This document shows, one piece after another, positions 1-12,647 of a stretch of 64,000 bases of DNA. The position numbers were made by a program, and so were the translations under genes. The stretch comes from Eledone cirrhosa. Lineage: Eukaryota. Within the stretch, counting starts at the first letter, position 1. Every line of letters starts with the position of its first letter. The notes beneath the pieces are model-generated. The model was not told the origin of the DNA and ran no database searches. It was given only the letters and a program-made list of their open reading frames with translations. The stretch lies in assembly GCA_964016885.1 (NCBI GenBank), contig OZ024760.1, forward strand, positions 14,384,001-14,448,000, given 5' to 3'.

Positions 1-5
1 ATGTA

Positions 6-54
<49 letters not shown>

Positions 55-97
55 ATAATATTAATAAATGGAAAATATCTTTATAAAACCATATATT

Positions 98-158
98 TAT
101 TTTATTATACATATTTCAAGGGTACCAGTATTTTGGTACGCTATCGTCAGATAAAATA
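98..158 (-). ncRNA. Type I hammerhead ribozyme, family A (Penelope-like element terminus)
   Basis: Reverse complement reads tattttat-CTGACGA-tagcgtaccaaaatactggtaccctt-GAAA-tatgtata-ataaaata: 8-bp stem I, hairpin stem II, near-palindromic stem III; sits between (TA)n tracts. Confidence 0.75.
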
Positions 159-226
159 CAATATTTGGTTTACAGATAATGACATATCAACATATGAACT
201 TAATGTTATGAGTTCAATGTAGATAG

Positions 227-296
<70 letters not shown>

Positions 297-875
297 ATAT
301 TTGGGTTTCTTCAACTCCTAAATCAAGTACTGTCTGCTTAGACAAATAATGTTAAATTTTTGGTAAGATGATCGAACAAGGGAGTCACTTTCTCAACATG
401 CTTTTAGTTTAAGTGCCAAGCGAAGGACCATTATCAAAACACACGTGGAGCTCGACAAGGGGGGCAACCCTTAGTTTTGGCGGATGAATTCGGTATGTGC
501 GTTATTATTGCAAAATTGCAAAATATCACAAAACGAATAAAGTTCTCAACAAAATGGTTTTAAAATTAACAAAAGCTTTAATTAGTCAATTAACTAAAAT
601 TAACTAATTAACTAAAAAAATCAAGAAAATTAACTGGTCAATAGCTAGACTCTGGAGATTAATACAAATATAAATTAGCGAGAATCGTATTTCGGCTATT
701 GGAAATTAGCGAAAAACAACTTCCGAGATGTGTGGCAAGTGCTCCATAGAAGCTAGTGAACTAGAGCTACAACATAAGTTAAAAGGCCGAACACACTGAG
801 ACGATGGTTAAACCATTATCCGCACAGCCATAGAAACGACCAACTAATTTGGGTCAAACAAATAAAATATGATTG

Positions 876-933
<58 letters not shown>

Positions 934-1407
934 ATATATGTATATAGCAGCAACATCAACAACAACTGCAGTTGAGTCAATATTAATTGGGAGTGAAAGA
1001 CAGAAATAGGATTGAAGTGAATGATGTAGAGAGAGAAAGAGTGAGAGAGAGGGGGGAGAGGGGGGGGGGGGGGCAGATTGAGAGAGAGAGGGAGAGCGAG
1101 AGAGAGGGGATAGATATATATAGACTGATATACATACATATATACACATACTGATATATAGACTGATACACATACACATACATATATGTATATATACATG
1201 CATACATACATACATGCATGCGTGCATATATATATATATATATATATATATGCATACATATACATACATGATCACACACATTCGTGCACATTCATATATG
1301 TATGCATATGTATATATGTGTATATGCATGTATGCATATATATGTATATATATGCATGTATGCATATATATGTATATATATGCATGTAGGTATGTATATA
1401 TATATAC

Positions 1408-1785
1408 AATGATATTAAATAAATGGAAACTATATTTACAAAACCATATTTATTTTATTATATATATTTCAAGGGTACCAAGACACATTGATACGCTTTC
1501 ATCAGATAAAATACAAAGTTTGTTTTATAAATAGAGACATACCCATAAAAATCATACCTTATCGGTTGGAAATTCACTGTATTTTATTTTATCTGATGAA
1601 AGCGTATCAATGTGTCTTGGTACCCTTGAAATATATATAATAAAATAAATATGGTTTTGTAAATATAGTTTCCATTTATTTAATATCATTGAATATTTAC
1701 TCCAGTAAACTGTTGAGTGCTCTAAATCAGTTATAAACATTTATATTTGTTGGAATTCCAACAAATTAAATACCCCTTCTACTTA
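1408..1785. mobile_element. Family A hammerhead-bearing insert as an inverted (fold-back) duplication in (TA)n; hammerheads at 1451-1513 (-) and 1585-1647 (+)
   Basis: 1408-1513 is the reverse complement of ~1585-1690. The + copy reads tattttat-CTGATGA-aagcgtatcaatgtgtcttggtaccctt-GAAA-tatatata-ataaaata and has a ~95-nt tail; TA repeats flank both sides. Confidence 0.8.
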
Positions 1786-1926
1786 TATATATATATATAT
1801 GCGCATATATGTATATATCTATGTATGTGTATATACATAAGTATATATGAATGTATGTAAGTCTGTATGTATGTCTATATATATGTATGTGTATCTATTT
1901 ATGTGTATGTATGTATGCATGCAAGC

Positions 1927-1972
<46 letters not shown>

Positions 1973-2174
1973 ATATATATGTGTGTGTGTGTATATATAT
2001 GTGTGTGTGTGTATATATATATGTGTGTGTGTGTATATATATGTGTGTGTGTATATATATGTGTGTATCTTCACACACAAGGAGGCCGGCTGCACTAGAA
2101 TATTAATAGGAACTAATCAATGATGCTTCGTTATTTTAGAAATCTTAAATAATTGGCTTTTAATTTCAGATTAG

Positions 2175-2505
2175 CATTTTTGTTGTTTGTTGTTGTTGTT
2201 TGTTTGTTGCTTTGTTGTTGTCGTTATTGTTGTTTGTATTGTTATTGTTGTTGTTGTTATGGTTGTTGTTGTGGTTGTTTTGTTTGTTTTGTTGTTGTTG
2301 TTGTTGTTTGTGTTGTTGTGGTTGTTTTGTTTGTTTCTTGTTTTGTTGTTGTTCATGTTGTTGTTGTTTTGTTGTTGTTGTGGTTGTTTTGTTGTTGTTG
2401 TGGTTGTTTTGTTGTTGTTGTGGTTGTTTTGTTTGTTTGTTGTTTTGTTGTTGTTGTTTGTATTGTTATTGTTGTTGTTGTGGTTATTCTTTGTTGTTGT
2501 TGTTG
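2175..2505. repeat. (GTT)n-rich microsatellite
   Basis: Directly visible trinucleotide repeat. Confidence 0.95.
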
Positions 2506-2657
2506 GTATGTATCAATAAGTTCACATATATTGCTATATATGTATATTGCTGTATATGTATATATGTGTATGTGTATATGTGTATATGTATATATATACA
2601 CATATACATATATTGCACACATATACATAAACTTGTTTTCGTGAGTGCATATTAATT

Positions 2658-2750
<93 letters not shown>

Positions 2751-2775
2751 GTGTGTGTGTATATATATATATATA

Positions 2776-2816
<41 letters not shown>

Positions 2817-2829
2817 ATATATATATATA

Positions 2830-2864
<35 letters not shown>

Positions 2865-3258
2865 GAACAAACAAGAGATACAATAAAGATACATATATAT
2901 ATATATACGCATACAAACACACACTTGCACACCTTCAAACAAACACACATACACACACACACTAATACCCCCCCCTACACACACACATGTTCAGAAAGCC
3001 TTTCAATCAATTAGGATTTCTCTGATTACCAATTGTGTTTATAATTGAAAAGCAAATAACTTTACACACACATGCACATGCACTGGCATTTGTATACATG
3101 TGTGTGTATGTGTGTATGTATGTGTATATGTATATATACATGTGTGTGTGTATGTATGTGTATATGTATATATACATGTGTGCGTGTATATATATACATA
3201 TGTATATATATATATGTATATATAAGTATATGTGTATATATATATATATGTATGTGTT

Positions 3259-3291
<33 letters not shown>

Positions 3292-3295
3292 GCAT

Positions 3296-3407
3296 ATTGG
3301 GTCTCCCAAAAAATGTATACACACAGGCAATAGTTATTAGAATACATACAGGCAATAGTTATTAGAATCCTGTTAAAGTGTATATACATTTTTGGGGACA
3401 CCCTGTA
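3296..3407. mobile_element. Tc1/mariner-like MITE (related copy at 45554-45656)
   Basis: Imperfect TIRs gggtctcccaaaaaatgtatacacac / gtgtatatacatttttggggacaccctgta, ending in the CAGGGTG-type terminus plus TA. Confidence 0.6.
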
Positions 3408-3849
3408 TTTGTTTATATATATATACATACATACACATAGGCATGTATCTATATGTGTGTGTGTGTATATATCATGAAAAATGTATTATGATGACAATAA
3501 TTATATATATAAACGAAAAAAAACAAAAAGAGAGAATACCACATTAAAATAATGGTTACATTAATAATATACTTGAGAGTAGTAGTTAGAGAAGATTTTT
3601 GATGTTTTGAACACTTGTCTTTCCTCGGAAGGTAGAGGAAGAGAAAAGAGAGGATGTTGTGTAGAGAGAAGTAATAGAAAGACAAACGTGAAGAAAAAGA
3701 GTGAAAATAACATCTTGTAGATGGTCAGTTCTGATAGGCCCCTCTGGAAGGCAAGTCTCAGCTCTCAGTCCTCATGACCCTCAGAGGAATAAGTGGGGGA
3801 ATAAGAAGAATTAGCATTTCATTGAATGCCTGTAAAGTCCCATAACTCC

Positions 3850-4050
3850 TGGTTCTTACATAAAATTATGATGGAAAGATTTTAGAAAAGTATATAAACT
3901 TTAAAACAGTTTTGTACCATAAAACAAAGGGTGAATTTAAGCAGTGATATCAAAAGGGTTAAGTCAGTTTTAAGAACAAAAACTAACAAAGGTTCTGACA
4001 TAAAATTATGATGGGAAATGTTTAGATAACTAAAGATATTTTTTAAAAAT
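3850..4050. repeat. AT-rich interspersed repeat (ggaacataacttaacaaaggttcttacataaaattatgatggaa family); other copies at 13980-14560 (tandem), 23090-23235/24609-24680, 43720-44520
   Basis: The same motif recurs at several loci; class unknown. Confidence 0.7.
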
Positions 4051-5010
4051 CCGTTTTGTATCTTAGAACCAGGGGTGGTTTCAGGTAGTTTGTTATGAAA
4101 TAGGTAACCCAAGTTATTTGATATAGAGATAAGACATATAAGAAGGTAAATTACTTAGAAAGGTGAATATATCATCTTTATCATATTACATCTGGTATTC
4201 TATGCATGCATGAGTTTCATATGCATTTGCATATACATATATGTATAGGTGTGTATGTATATATATATATATACACACACACACTTATATACATACATAT
4301 ATATATATATACACATATATGTATATATATATAAATGCATATCAAACTATACATATATATATGTCTACATGTGTGAATATAGATGTGTGCGTATGTATGT
4401 ATCTACATATGTATGAATGTATATATATATATATACACAATATACACAATATACATACATATATATATAAACATACACACACACATATTTATATATATAT
4501 ATATATATATATAAATATGTGTGTGTGTATGTTTATATATATATGTATGTATATTGTGTATAGATGTATATTTATATAAGAATGCAAGTATGTGTATGTG
4601 TGTAAGAATATGAGTGTATCTATGTATGTATAATAATTATATATACACACACACATGTATACACAGCTTCTATATAGAAACATGTCTTGTCTTCTACAAA
4701 TAATGAAGTAACTCTCTATATGCTTCGTGACCCCTGCCAAAAACCTAATTATCTTTTCTTCTGTGGTGGGTATATATTATATACATTACATATATACATA
4801 TAAATACATATATATATGTGTGTGTGTGCGTGTGTGTATATATATACATACATACATAATACATACACATACATATGTATAGACATATTTATACATAAAC
4901 ATAATATACATAAATGTACATATACATAAATATATATATATACACACATATATATACATACACATACATATATATACATACACTATATATATATTATATA
5001 TATATATGAA

Positions 5011-5041
<31 letters not shown>

Positions 5042-5042
<1 letters not shown>

Positions 5043-5282
5043 GGAAAAGAGTCAGGACCCCAACGGCTGAGCTCCTGCCATTTTGACAGCTAGACATACA
5101 ACACACATATATATATATAGCAAAGGAATTGTGGTAAGGAACCAGATGGACCATAACGCACCAGAGTACTCAATACTTAGGGTAGTAGAGTGGGAAATAG
5201 GAAAAAGTATGACCCCGACGGCAGAGCTCAAGCCGTTTCAACGGTATTTCTGGACTAAATAGGGGTCATACTTTTTCCTATA
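5042..5282. mobile_element. Family C hammerhead-derived fold-back insert (3' half of ribozyme plus tail) in (TA)n
   Basis: Shares the ggaaccag(a/g)tggaccataacgcaccagagtactcaatactt...gaccccgacggcagagctcaagccgtttc sequence with 8001, 26651, 38447, 48659 and 60468. Confidence 0.75.
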
Positions 5283-5302
5283 TATATATATATATATGTA
5301 TG

Positions 5303-5475
5303 TAAAAGATAAACAGAAATAACAACACAATCAGTACAGTATATGGAAGGAATATATTAGTTTAATGCTTGAAATAGCAGGAAGAGGGTCTTAACGTTTC
5401 GGACGCTAGTCCTTCATCAGAAGAAAGAATGAGAAATTGGAAAGATACAGAGAACGGGCAGGGTGGAATCGGAAT
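5303..5475 (-). mobile_element. Family B insert with minimal hammerhead at 5389-5424 (copies at 11130-11340, 30490-30690, 59362-59470)
   Basis: Reverse complement reads tctt-CTGATGA-aggactagcgtcc-GAAA-cgtt-aaga: stem II ggac/gtcc, palindromic AACGTT stem III, 4-bp stem I. Confidence 0.8.
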
Positions 5476-5811
5476 ATATATACGTACATACACACACAAA
5501 CTTATATATGTATACACACACATATGTATATATATATATACACACACACACACACATATATATATATACATATATATGTACAAAAATATAACAACATAGT
5601 GTTTTTTCTTTTCACTCTATATTCCTCACGTTCACTCTCTACCTTCTCATCTCTTTCCTTGCATGTGTATGTATGTATGTATGTATGTATGTATGTATGT
5701 ATGTATGTATGTATGTGTGTGTGTATGTATGTGTGTATGTATGTATGTATGTATGTATGTATGTATGTATGTATGTGTGTGTGTATGTATGTATGTATGT
5801 GTGTATGTATG

Positions 5812-6245
5812 TATGTCAGCGTGTACTCCTCTCAATGGTTATGTTAATCACCTGAAGTCACATGATAATCAACCATAACACCACTCAACAAAGACCTGGT
5901 GAAACAATGTGCGTGATAATCAACAAAGTGTGTAAAACTAATTCCAGACTAATACTGGTGCATAAAGATTGTGTCCCACAGGGTGACCACACCGGTCCTG
6001 TGGAAAGCATAACTCTCTGCTGCCACAAAGTGTGTAGAACTAGTTCCAGACTAATGGTGGTGCATAAAGATTGTGTCCTACAGGGTGACTCCACTGGTTC
6101 TGTGGAACGCATAACTCTCCTCTGTCACCTGTGTCGTAAACCATGCAGATCTACAGCTGGTCTACAAAGTCATCTACAAAGTCATGGATGCAGATGGGAT
6201 GATAACGAAGAAGATGGCATTAGTCTGTGAAGACGCCTCAATCCT
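5812..6245 (+). mobile_element. Degenerate RTE-type LINE 3' end with C2H2 zinc-finger repeats
   Basis: Translates as ...LCHLCRKPCRSTAGLQSHLQSH; upstream frameshifted CQRVLLS..YVNHLKSH and two duplicated KVCKTNSRL..HK units. Confidence 0.6.
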
Positions 6246-6655
6246 CTCCTCATGTATGCATTTTTTTTTTTTTTTGTGGAGCAAGAGACTCTTTGTCTTC
6301 ATTAAGACATCTCTCTAGGAGAAGGTCACTTTGATATAACCTGTGAGTGACTTTGTTTCGATCCAATGATGTAGACCAGCTCTACTTAAATGCATTCAAT
6401 GTTCAGAGAGTGGGTTTGGCCTCGTGCAAAGCATTTCCTCACTTAAAAAAAGCTTCCTGTACAGGCGACAACAGCCATTTCAACTGCTAGTTCCAGACTA
6501 TATATAAATAAATAGATTGATAGATAGTAAACAGATAGGGCCCAATGGCATGAGCTCACCCGTGGGGCACTAACTGTTCACTATACATACACTCTACTTT
6601 CCTAAGTATGAAGTACTTAGCTGAACATTGTCTTGCTTATCTAGTCTGGTAACAC

Positions 6656-6714
<59 letters not shown>

Positions 6715-6849
6715 ACAGTCAATCGGCAAGATCCCAGACCCCATTTGCTTAATGGGTGGGGTGGAGCTCATGAAATCGGACCCAGGAAACAATGTTTCCG
6801 TTGGTCTTTCCAATTGCTAATACTATCTGTCGGTCGCAAATCCAGGCAG

Positions 6850-6962
6850 AAGGAGCAATGTAAAATCAAGTGTCTTGCTCAAGGACATAACGCATCGCCT
6901 GGTCCTGGAATCAAAATCACAACCTCACAATTGCGAATCCAATTCTCTAACCACTCAGCTAC
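6850..6962 (-). mobile_element. CORE-type tRNA-SINE 5' fragment
   Basis: Reverse complement has a tRNA-like head (gctgagtggttagag) and gtccttgagcaagacactt, matching the copy at 25480. Confidence 0.7.
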
Positions 6963-7305
6963 AAACCTTCACAAAGTGTGGTGCTCCAGGATGGCCTCAG
7001 CCGGATGGCTCCAACAGTTAAAAGAGTAACAGATATATATATATGTTTGTGTGTGTATATATATATGTGTGTGTGTGTGTATATATATATATATTTATTA
7101 AAATAACAGATTAAAGTTTAAGCAAAGAATTGCTGCTTTCACCTTTAACGGGTTAAATTTTTGCCCTACGGTTCTTATATATTTGATATATATTTATCCT
7201 TATCGAGCCCTCTTTGGATTTTAGTCTTCAAATTTATTATTACTACTATATATATATATATATATTAGAAAAGGGAAGTAAGGATTCCATACAAAACAGT
7301 GGATA

Positions 7306-7797
7306 TAGAGAAAAGGTGAAATTGGAAATAGCACAGGAGATATATTTAAGGGTCTGTTTTTCCTCTCTTTGATTCGTCAAAGTGACATTATTAAAAAGAT
7401 AATGTTATTAAAAAATGAGAGGGACAATTCTTTTTAAAAAAATGTTTATGATGTATATGAAGTATATTAAAGAATTACCGGTTTCGATGTGTTATTAAAA
7501 TCCATCTTATCAAATGTTGAGTGTAAAAAGTTAAAAAGAGTTGATAGGAGTTAAAAACGAAAGATTTAAAATTAAAATCAAAATCAAATGTTTGGATACA
7601 TATTCTTCCATCGTTCTTGCTGAAAGATTTGGGTGGAAAGAGAACATTACTTGTTTTTTCTTCACAGGAGGAAGTTGTGTTTTCAAAACACAACTTCGCC
7701 TATTATCTTTTTAATATCACTTTGACGAATCAAAAAAAAGAAAAACAAACCCATAAATATATTTCCTGTGCTATTTCCAACTTCACCTTTTCTCTCT
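7306..7797. mobile_element. ~95-bp inverted arms enclosing a hammerhead-like motif (7474-7516, -)
   Basis: 7306-7403 is approximately the reverse complement of 7702-7797. The inner reverse complement reads TTGATAA-gatg..catc-GAAA-ccgg-ta; stem I is weak. Confidence 0.5.
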
Positions 7798-7801
7798 CTC
7801 G

Positions 7802-7856
<55 letters not shown>

Positions 7857-7959
7857 TATAAATATTAATAAAATAGATGTTCTTTTGATCAATTACATTT
7901 TATTATACATATTTCTTTGATATACTCATTGAATTTTGTTTAACTCTTCAATATATATA

Positions 7960-8000
<41 letters not shown>

Positions 8001-8001
<1 letters not shown>

Positions 8002-8179
8002 ACAAAGGAATTGTGGTAATGAACCAGATGGACCATAACGCACCAGAGTACTCAATACTTAGGGTAGTAGAGTGTGAAATAGGAGAAGGTATGACCCCGA
8101 CTCCAGAGCTCAAGCCGTTTCCAGAAATAGCCGTCGAAACGGCTTGAGCTCTGCCGTCGGGATCTTACCTTCTCCTATA
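8001..8179. mobile_element. Family C fold-back insert
   Basis: Long arm on the - strand, short inverted arm ending ...tcctata in a TA tract. Confidence 0.75.
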
Positions 8180-8249
8180 TGTATATATATATATATATAT
8201 ATATACAGAGGGAGAAGGGAAAGAGAGAGAGAAAGGCAAGATACATGGT

Positions 8250-8443
8250 AATAATTGTTTCTACATTTGGCAGAAGGCCAGCAATTACCCCCAGTGCATT
8301 ACTGGTACTTTATTTTATCGACCCCCGTAATGATGAAAGGTAAAGTTAACCTCGACGGGATTTGAACTCAGACTGTAAAGGGATGTAACTATGCTGGAAA
8401 GCATGGCGTCCGACCCTCTACCGATACTGCCAACCCACCGCCC
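8250..8443 (-). mobile_element. tRNA-derived Meta-domain SINE
   Basis: Box A (tggcagtatcgg), box B (gagttcaaatccc), central ctttcatc...ggggtcgataaaataaagtaccag, (TTA) tail. Confidence 0.85.
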
Positions 8444-8748
8444 TCATGGTAGATACATGGCAATAATGATACACACACAGGGATAAACATATATACACAT
8501 TCTAAAATGCACAGCCTATCTCTCTTTCTCTCACGCACACATAAATAAACAGGTTTATGCACATGCATAGAAACACACACATATATAACTATATGCATAC
8601 ATTTATATATTAATTAGCTATGTTTGATATATTACATGTATAAAAGGTGAAAGACATGTAATAAATTAAAAATTTAGACATAACATATACAATGTTAGTT
8701 AACTCCTAATGAGATATCACATGTATATATGCATGTGTGTTTATATAC

Positions 8749-8779
<31 letters not shown>

Positions 8780-8972
8780 TATATTTATATATATAGATAT
8801 ATATATATATAGAGAGAGAGATACATATATGCGTGTGTCCATATAGATATATATACATATGTGTTGGTATATATACATATATATATTATATATAAACATT
8901 ATGTATGTAAATACACACATATATGTATAATACATGTATGTATGCATGTGTATATATATGCATATGTAACTA

Positions 8973-9003
<31 letters not shown>

Positions 9004-9039
9004 CTATATAAAAATATATATAGACACACACACACACAC

Positions 9040-9132
<93 letters not shown>

Positions 9133-9300
9133 AATATATATACACACACACATATACATATATATATTTAAGTTTTCTGCTAATGAGGATGATACATAAA
9201 ATATGTGTTACTGTAGAACATAACTACTGTTGCAGAAGGGAAATAGCATTTCCTTCTCCCCTACTCATTACATAATGGAAAGATACATTTATATTTATAT

Positions 9301-9790
9301 ATCATCATCATCGTTTAACATCCATCTTCCACGCTAGCATAGGTTAGACAGTTTTGTTCCATTTGATGCGGGAATGGTTGGGAGACCATGCCTTGCTCTC
9401 ACTGAAGTTTCTCTGGCAGGTTTCTTTTACAGCTGGATGCCCTTCCTAACACCAATCACATTTACAGTGTGGACTGGGAGCCTTTTCACCGTGTCTCCTA
9501 CACGACCACTTTACAGTGTGGACTGTTGTGTCATCGACACAGTGGATAGAGAGGGAGGATGGGGTAGGGTGTGGCAGTGGGCTGTACATTGAGTTAAGAG
9601 GTACCAACTGACTGTAGGTCCGTATGCAATGGCAGTCGTGTCTTCTGGACAACTGCATGGCGCCAAAGGTCTCGATCAAGTATCATTGTCTTAGAGAGGT
9701 GAAGGTAAGCAAGGTCAGTTTTTATCACCTCGTCCCAGGTTTTTCTTGGTCTACCCACTCTGCAGATTCCATCAATTTTCATTGCCCTGC
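9301..9790 (-). mobile_element. RTE-clade LINE 3' end (ORF C-terminus plus 3' UTR and (GAT)n tail)
   Basis: ORF ...GRPRKTWDEVIKTDL..DRDLWRHAV is a typical RTE C-terminus; it continues into the aggaagggcatccagc...ctaacc.atgctagcgtggaagatgg UTR. Confidence 0.85.
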
Positions 9791-9801
9791 ACCTTTTTAT
9801 A

Positions 9802-9981
9802 TAGGAAAAGAGTCAGTACCCCGACAGCTGAGCTCCGACAGTTTCGACAGCTAGATCCGAACTAACCCAGCAGTATTAGGACAGTACTGTACCCTCTGAT
9901 AAGTTCAGATAGGTCCCTGCTGTCCTAATACTGCTGGGTTAGTTAGGATCTAGCTGTCGAAACGGTCGGAGCTCAGCTATC
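9802..9981. mobile_element. Family C variant retaining the 5' half of the hammerhead (9889-9981, +)
   Basis: gtaccct-CTGATAA-long stem II-GAAA-cggtcggagctcagctatc. The inverted arm supplies ...gctgtc^ggggtac, which pairs 7 bp with gtaccct. Confidence 0.65.
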
Positions 9982-9997
9982 TAGACAGAATATATAT

Positions 9998-10052
<55 letters not shown>

Positions 10053-10394
10053 TACATATATATATATATACATATATACATATATATATATATAGAGAGA
10101 GAGAGAGGGGGGAAGAGATAATTAGATAGGTAGATAGATATTCCCATTGGAAACTGTTCAATGTTCATTTATATACCAATAATACTTTTAAAGAAAATGA
10201 TCACACTCAGACACCTACTCCCCCACCATAACCTCCACATCTACCCCGTCTTTCCCCCCACACCTCTCTCCCACCATCTCCTTCATGCAAAATGTCTGAG
10301 AGTCGTCTTCGTATTCTTTCCTACAGAAAGCCACTATTATTAGAAACTCCACTTTAGTGTTTCTCTCGAAATTAATTATTCGTATAAACAGAGC

Positions 10395-10720
10395 AAGATA
10401 TATATATATATATATATATATATAGGTAGAGAGAGAGAGAGGATAGAGAGAGAGAGAGGTAGAGAGAGGATAGAGAGAGAGAGAAGGAGAGAGAGAGAGA
10501 GAGAGGTAGAGAGAGAGAGAGGGGATAGAGAGAGAGAAGGATAGAGAGAGAGGGATATATATAGAGAAAGTGAGGTAAAGAGAGAGAGGTAGGAAGAGAG
10601 ATAGGGACAGAGAGAGAGGGGGATAGAGAGAGAGGGAGAGGTATATATATATATAGAGAGAAAGTGAAGTAAAGAGAGATAGGGATAGGTAGACATATAT
10701 ATATATAGAGAGAGAGAGAT
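10395..10720. repeat. (TA)n/(GA)n compound microsatellite
   Basis: Directly visible. Confidence 0.95.
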
Positions 10721-11062
10721 AGTGATATGTAAGTTAATAGCCAGTTGACTTTGCACACCATTTTGCAATATTGTTTAAACTGTCTCTCACACCATATGTT
10801 AATAAGTTCTGCTTACTTTCGGTTCAGTTTACAACCAAATCTAGCCATCACTTTCGCTGGATTGTTAATCGGATTGCTTGTTGGACTGTTAATTGGATTG
10901 TTAGTCAGATTGGGAGTCATCCCAGACAAGTCTCCAAGTCTGCCTCATCCTCAGACCAATGTTAACATAACAAAAATCACATCAAATCTGTGGACGAACC
11001 AGCCAGGCACAAACAAGCATATAGAATGACCAATCACAGGCCTAGAATCCAACCTGTAACAC

Positions 11063-11101
<39 letters not shown>

Positions 11102-11217
11102 TATACACATATATATACACATATATATATATAAAAGGTAAACAGAAATAACAACACAATCGGTACAGTATATGGAAGGAATATATTAGGTTAACACTTG
11201 ATATAGCAGGAAGAGGG

Positions 11218-11253
11218 TCTTAACGTTTCAGACGCTAGTCCTTCATCAGAAGA
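11218..11253 (-). ncRNA. Family B minimal hammerhead
   Basis: Reverse complement reads tctt-CTGATGA-aggactagcgtct-GAAA-cgtt-aaga. Confidence 0.7.
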
Positions 11254-11444
11254 AAGAATGAGAAATAAGATAGATTCAGGGGACAGGCGGGTTGGAATTG
11301 GAAAAAAAGTCTTTAGATAAAAATAACAGGTCTATTCATGTTGACATATATATACATACATATATATATATGTATATATATACACATATATATATATCGG
11401 GAATTTTACCCGCCTTAGATATATATATATATATATATATATTA

Positions 11445-11565
11445 CACATCAGAGCATGCAGGTTTCATTTCTTTCCAGTCTTCATAGGTCCTCTGCACAC
11501 AGTGCCCAGGTTTCACTGCCATGCAACATTGCTGTTCATATACATGCAACATACATTCCGCCCAT
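11445..11565 (-). mobile_element. RTE LINE internal fragment
   Basis: Reverse complement translates as AMLHGSETWALCAEDL*RLERNETCML (the LYGSETW motif after the RT domain), with stop codons. Confidence 0.7.
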
Positions 11566-11593
11566 ACATATATATATATCTATCTATATATAT

Positions 11594-12002
11594 ATAATAT
11601 AAGATCAAAAGATGGTTAAAAGAGTTCCATGTATTTTATTATGCGCATTTCAAAAACAAATATCATCATGGGATGATATTTGCGTTCTCATCAGATAAAA
11701 TAGGGAGACATGATATAAAGCTTAAAAAACACTTGCGAGCAGTGAAGTGTTAAATCAACATATTTCACTGCTCGCAAGTGTTTTTTAAGCTTCATATCAT
11801 GTCTCCCTATTTTATCTGATGAGAACGCAAATATCATCCCATGATGATATTTGTTTTTGAGATGTGCATAATAAAATACATGGAACTCTTTTAACCATCT
11901 TTTGATTTTACATTATTTATACTCCAGTCCTATAAACTGTGGGGTGCTACTTATCCGATATTTGCATTGCTTTATTGTGCTACAATAAAACTCACCTCCT
12001 AC
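11594..12002. mobile_element. Family D hammerhead insert as ~150-bp inverted arms; hammerheads at 11632-11702 (-, intact) and 11808-11878 (+, GAAA>GAGA)
   Basis: tattttat-CTGATGA-gaacgcaaatatcatcccatgatgatatttgttttt-GAAA-tgcgcata-ataaaata; palindromic ATGCGCAT stem III; TA flanks. Confidence 0.8.
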
Positions 12003-12016
12003 ATATATATATAATA

Positions 12017-12330
12017 ACATCATCATCATCATCATCGTTTAACGTCTATCTTCCACGCTATCATGGGTTAGATGGGAGTTGTCCTAATTTGAGGCAAGAT
12101 TGGTTGGGTGACCGTGTCTCGCTCGTATAGGACTATCTAGCAGGTTTTCTATGGCTAGATGCCCCTCCTAACACCAACCACATTTACAGTGTGGACTAGG
12201 AACTTTTTACCGTGTTACCTACACAGCCACATTACAGCGTGGACTGTGTGTTTTTTTGTCGTGACACCTACACGATCTCGATCTCGTTATCTCATTAATT
12301 TGGACTGGATGTTGTGGTACCAACTTTACA
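12017..12330 (-). mobile_element. RTE LINE 3' UTR fragment; further copies at 14595-14768, 17522-17905 (two), 30790-30950, 35815-36130, 41330-41460, 48460-48630, 50160-50460, 59000-59353, 63820-64000
   Basis: All share the tgtaaatgtggttggtgttaggaagggcatccagc motif and usually the ctaacccatgctagc...(GAT)n tail. Confidence 0.8.
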
Positions 12331-12374
12331 GAGATAGGGTGGTGTTGGTGGGAGTGGGAGGATGGAGTAGGGGT

Positions 12375-12408
<34 letters not shown>

Positions 12409-12561
12409 GTGGAGATACCCGACTAGTATGTAGTGTAATAGTAAGATAAACCACTTTGGTGTGCTTGGTATTTTGGCAGATAACCTCATTCCATGATATG
12501 TCTGTCTCAGACTAACCCTGAAATTAAATTGGGATTACTATATATATATATTACTTTGCAC

Positions 12562-12647
<86 letters not shown>

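Noticed and set aside
296-870. Possible DNA-transposon-derived island between TA tracts
   Set aside because: I could not identify convincing TIRs, a TSD or coding remnants.
12415-12520. Possible minus-strand exon (VSLRQTYHGMRLSAKIPSTPKWF...)
   Set aside because: Plausible acceptor but weak donor and no recognised homology.
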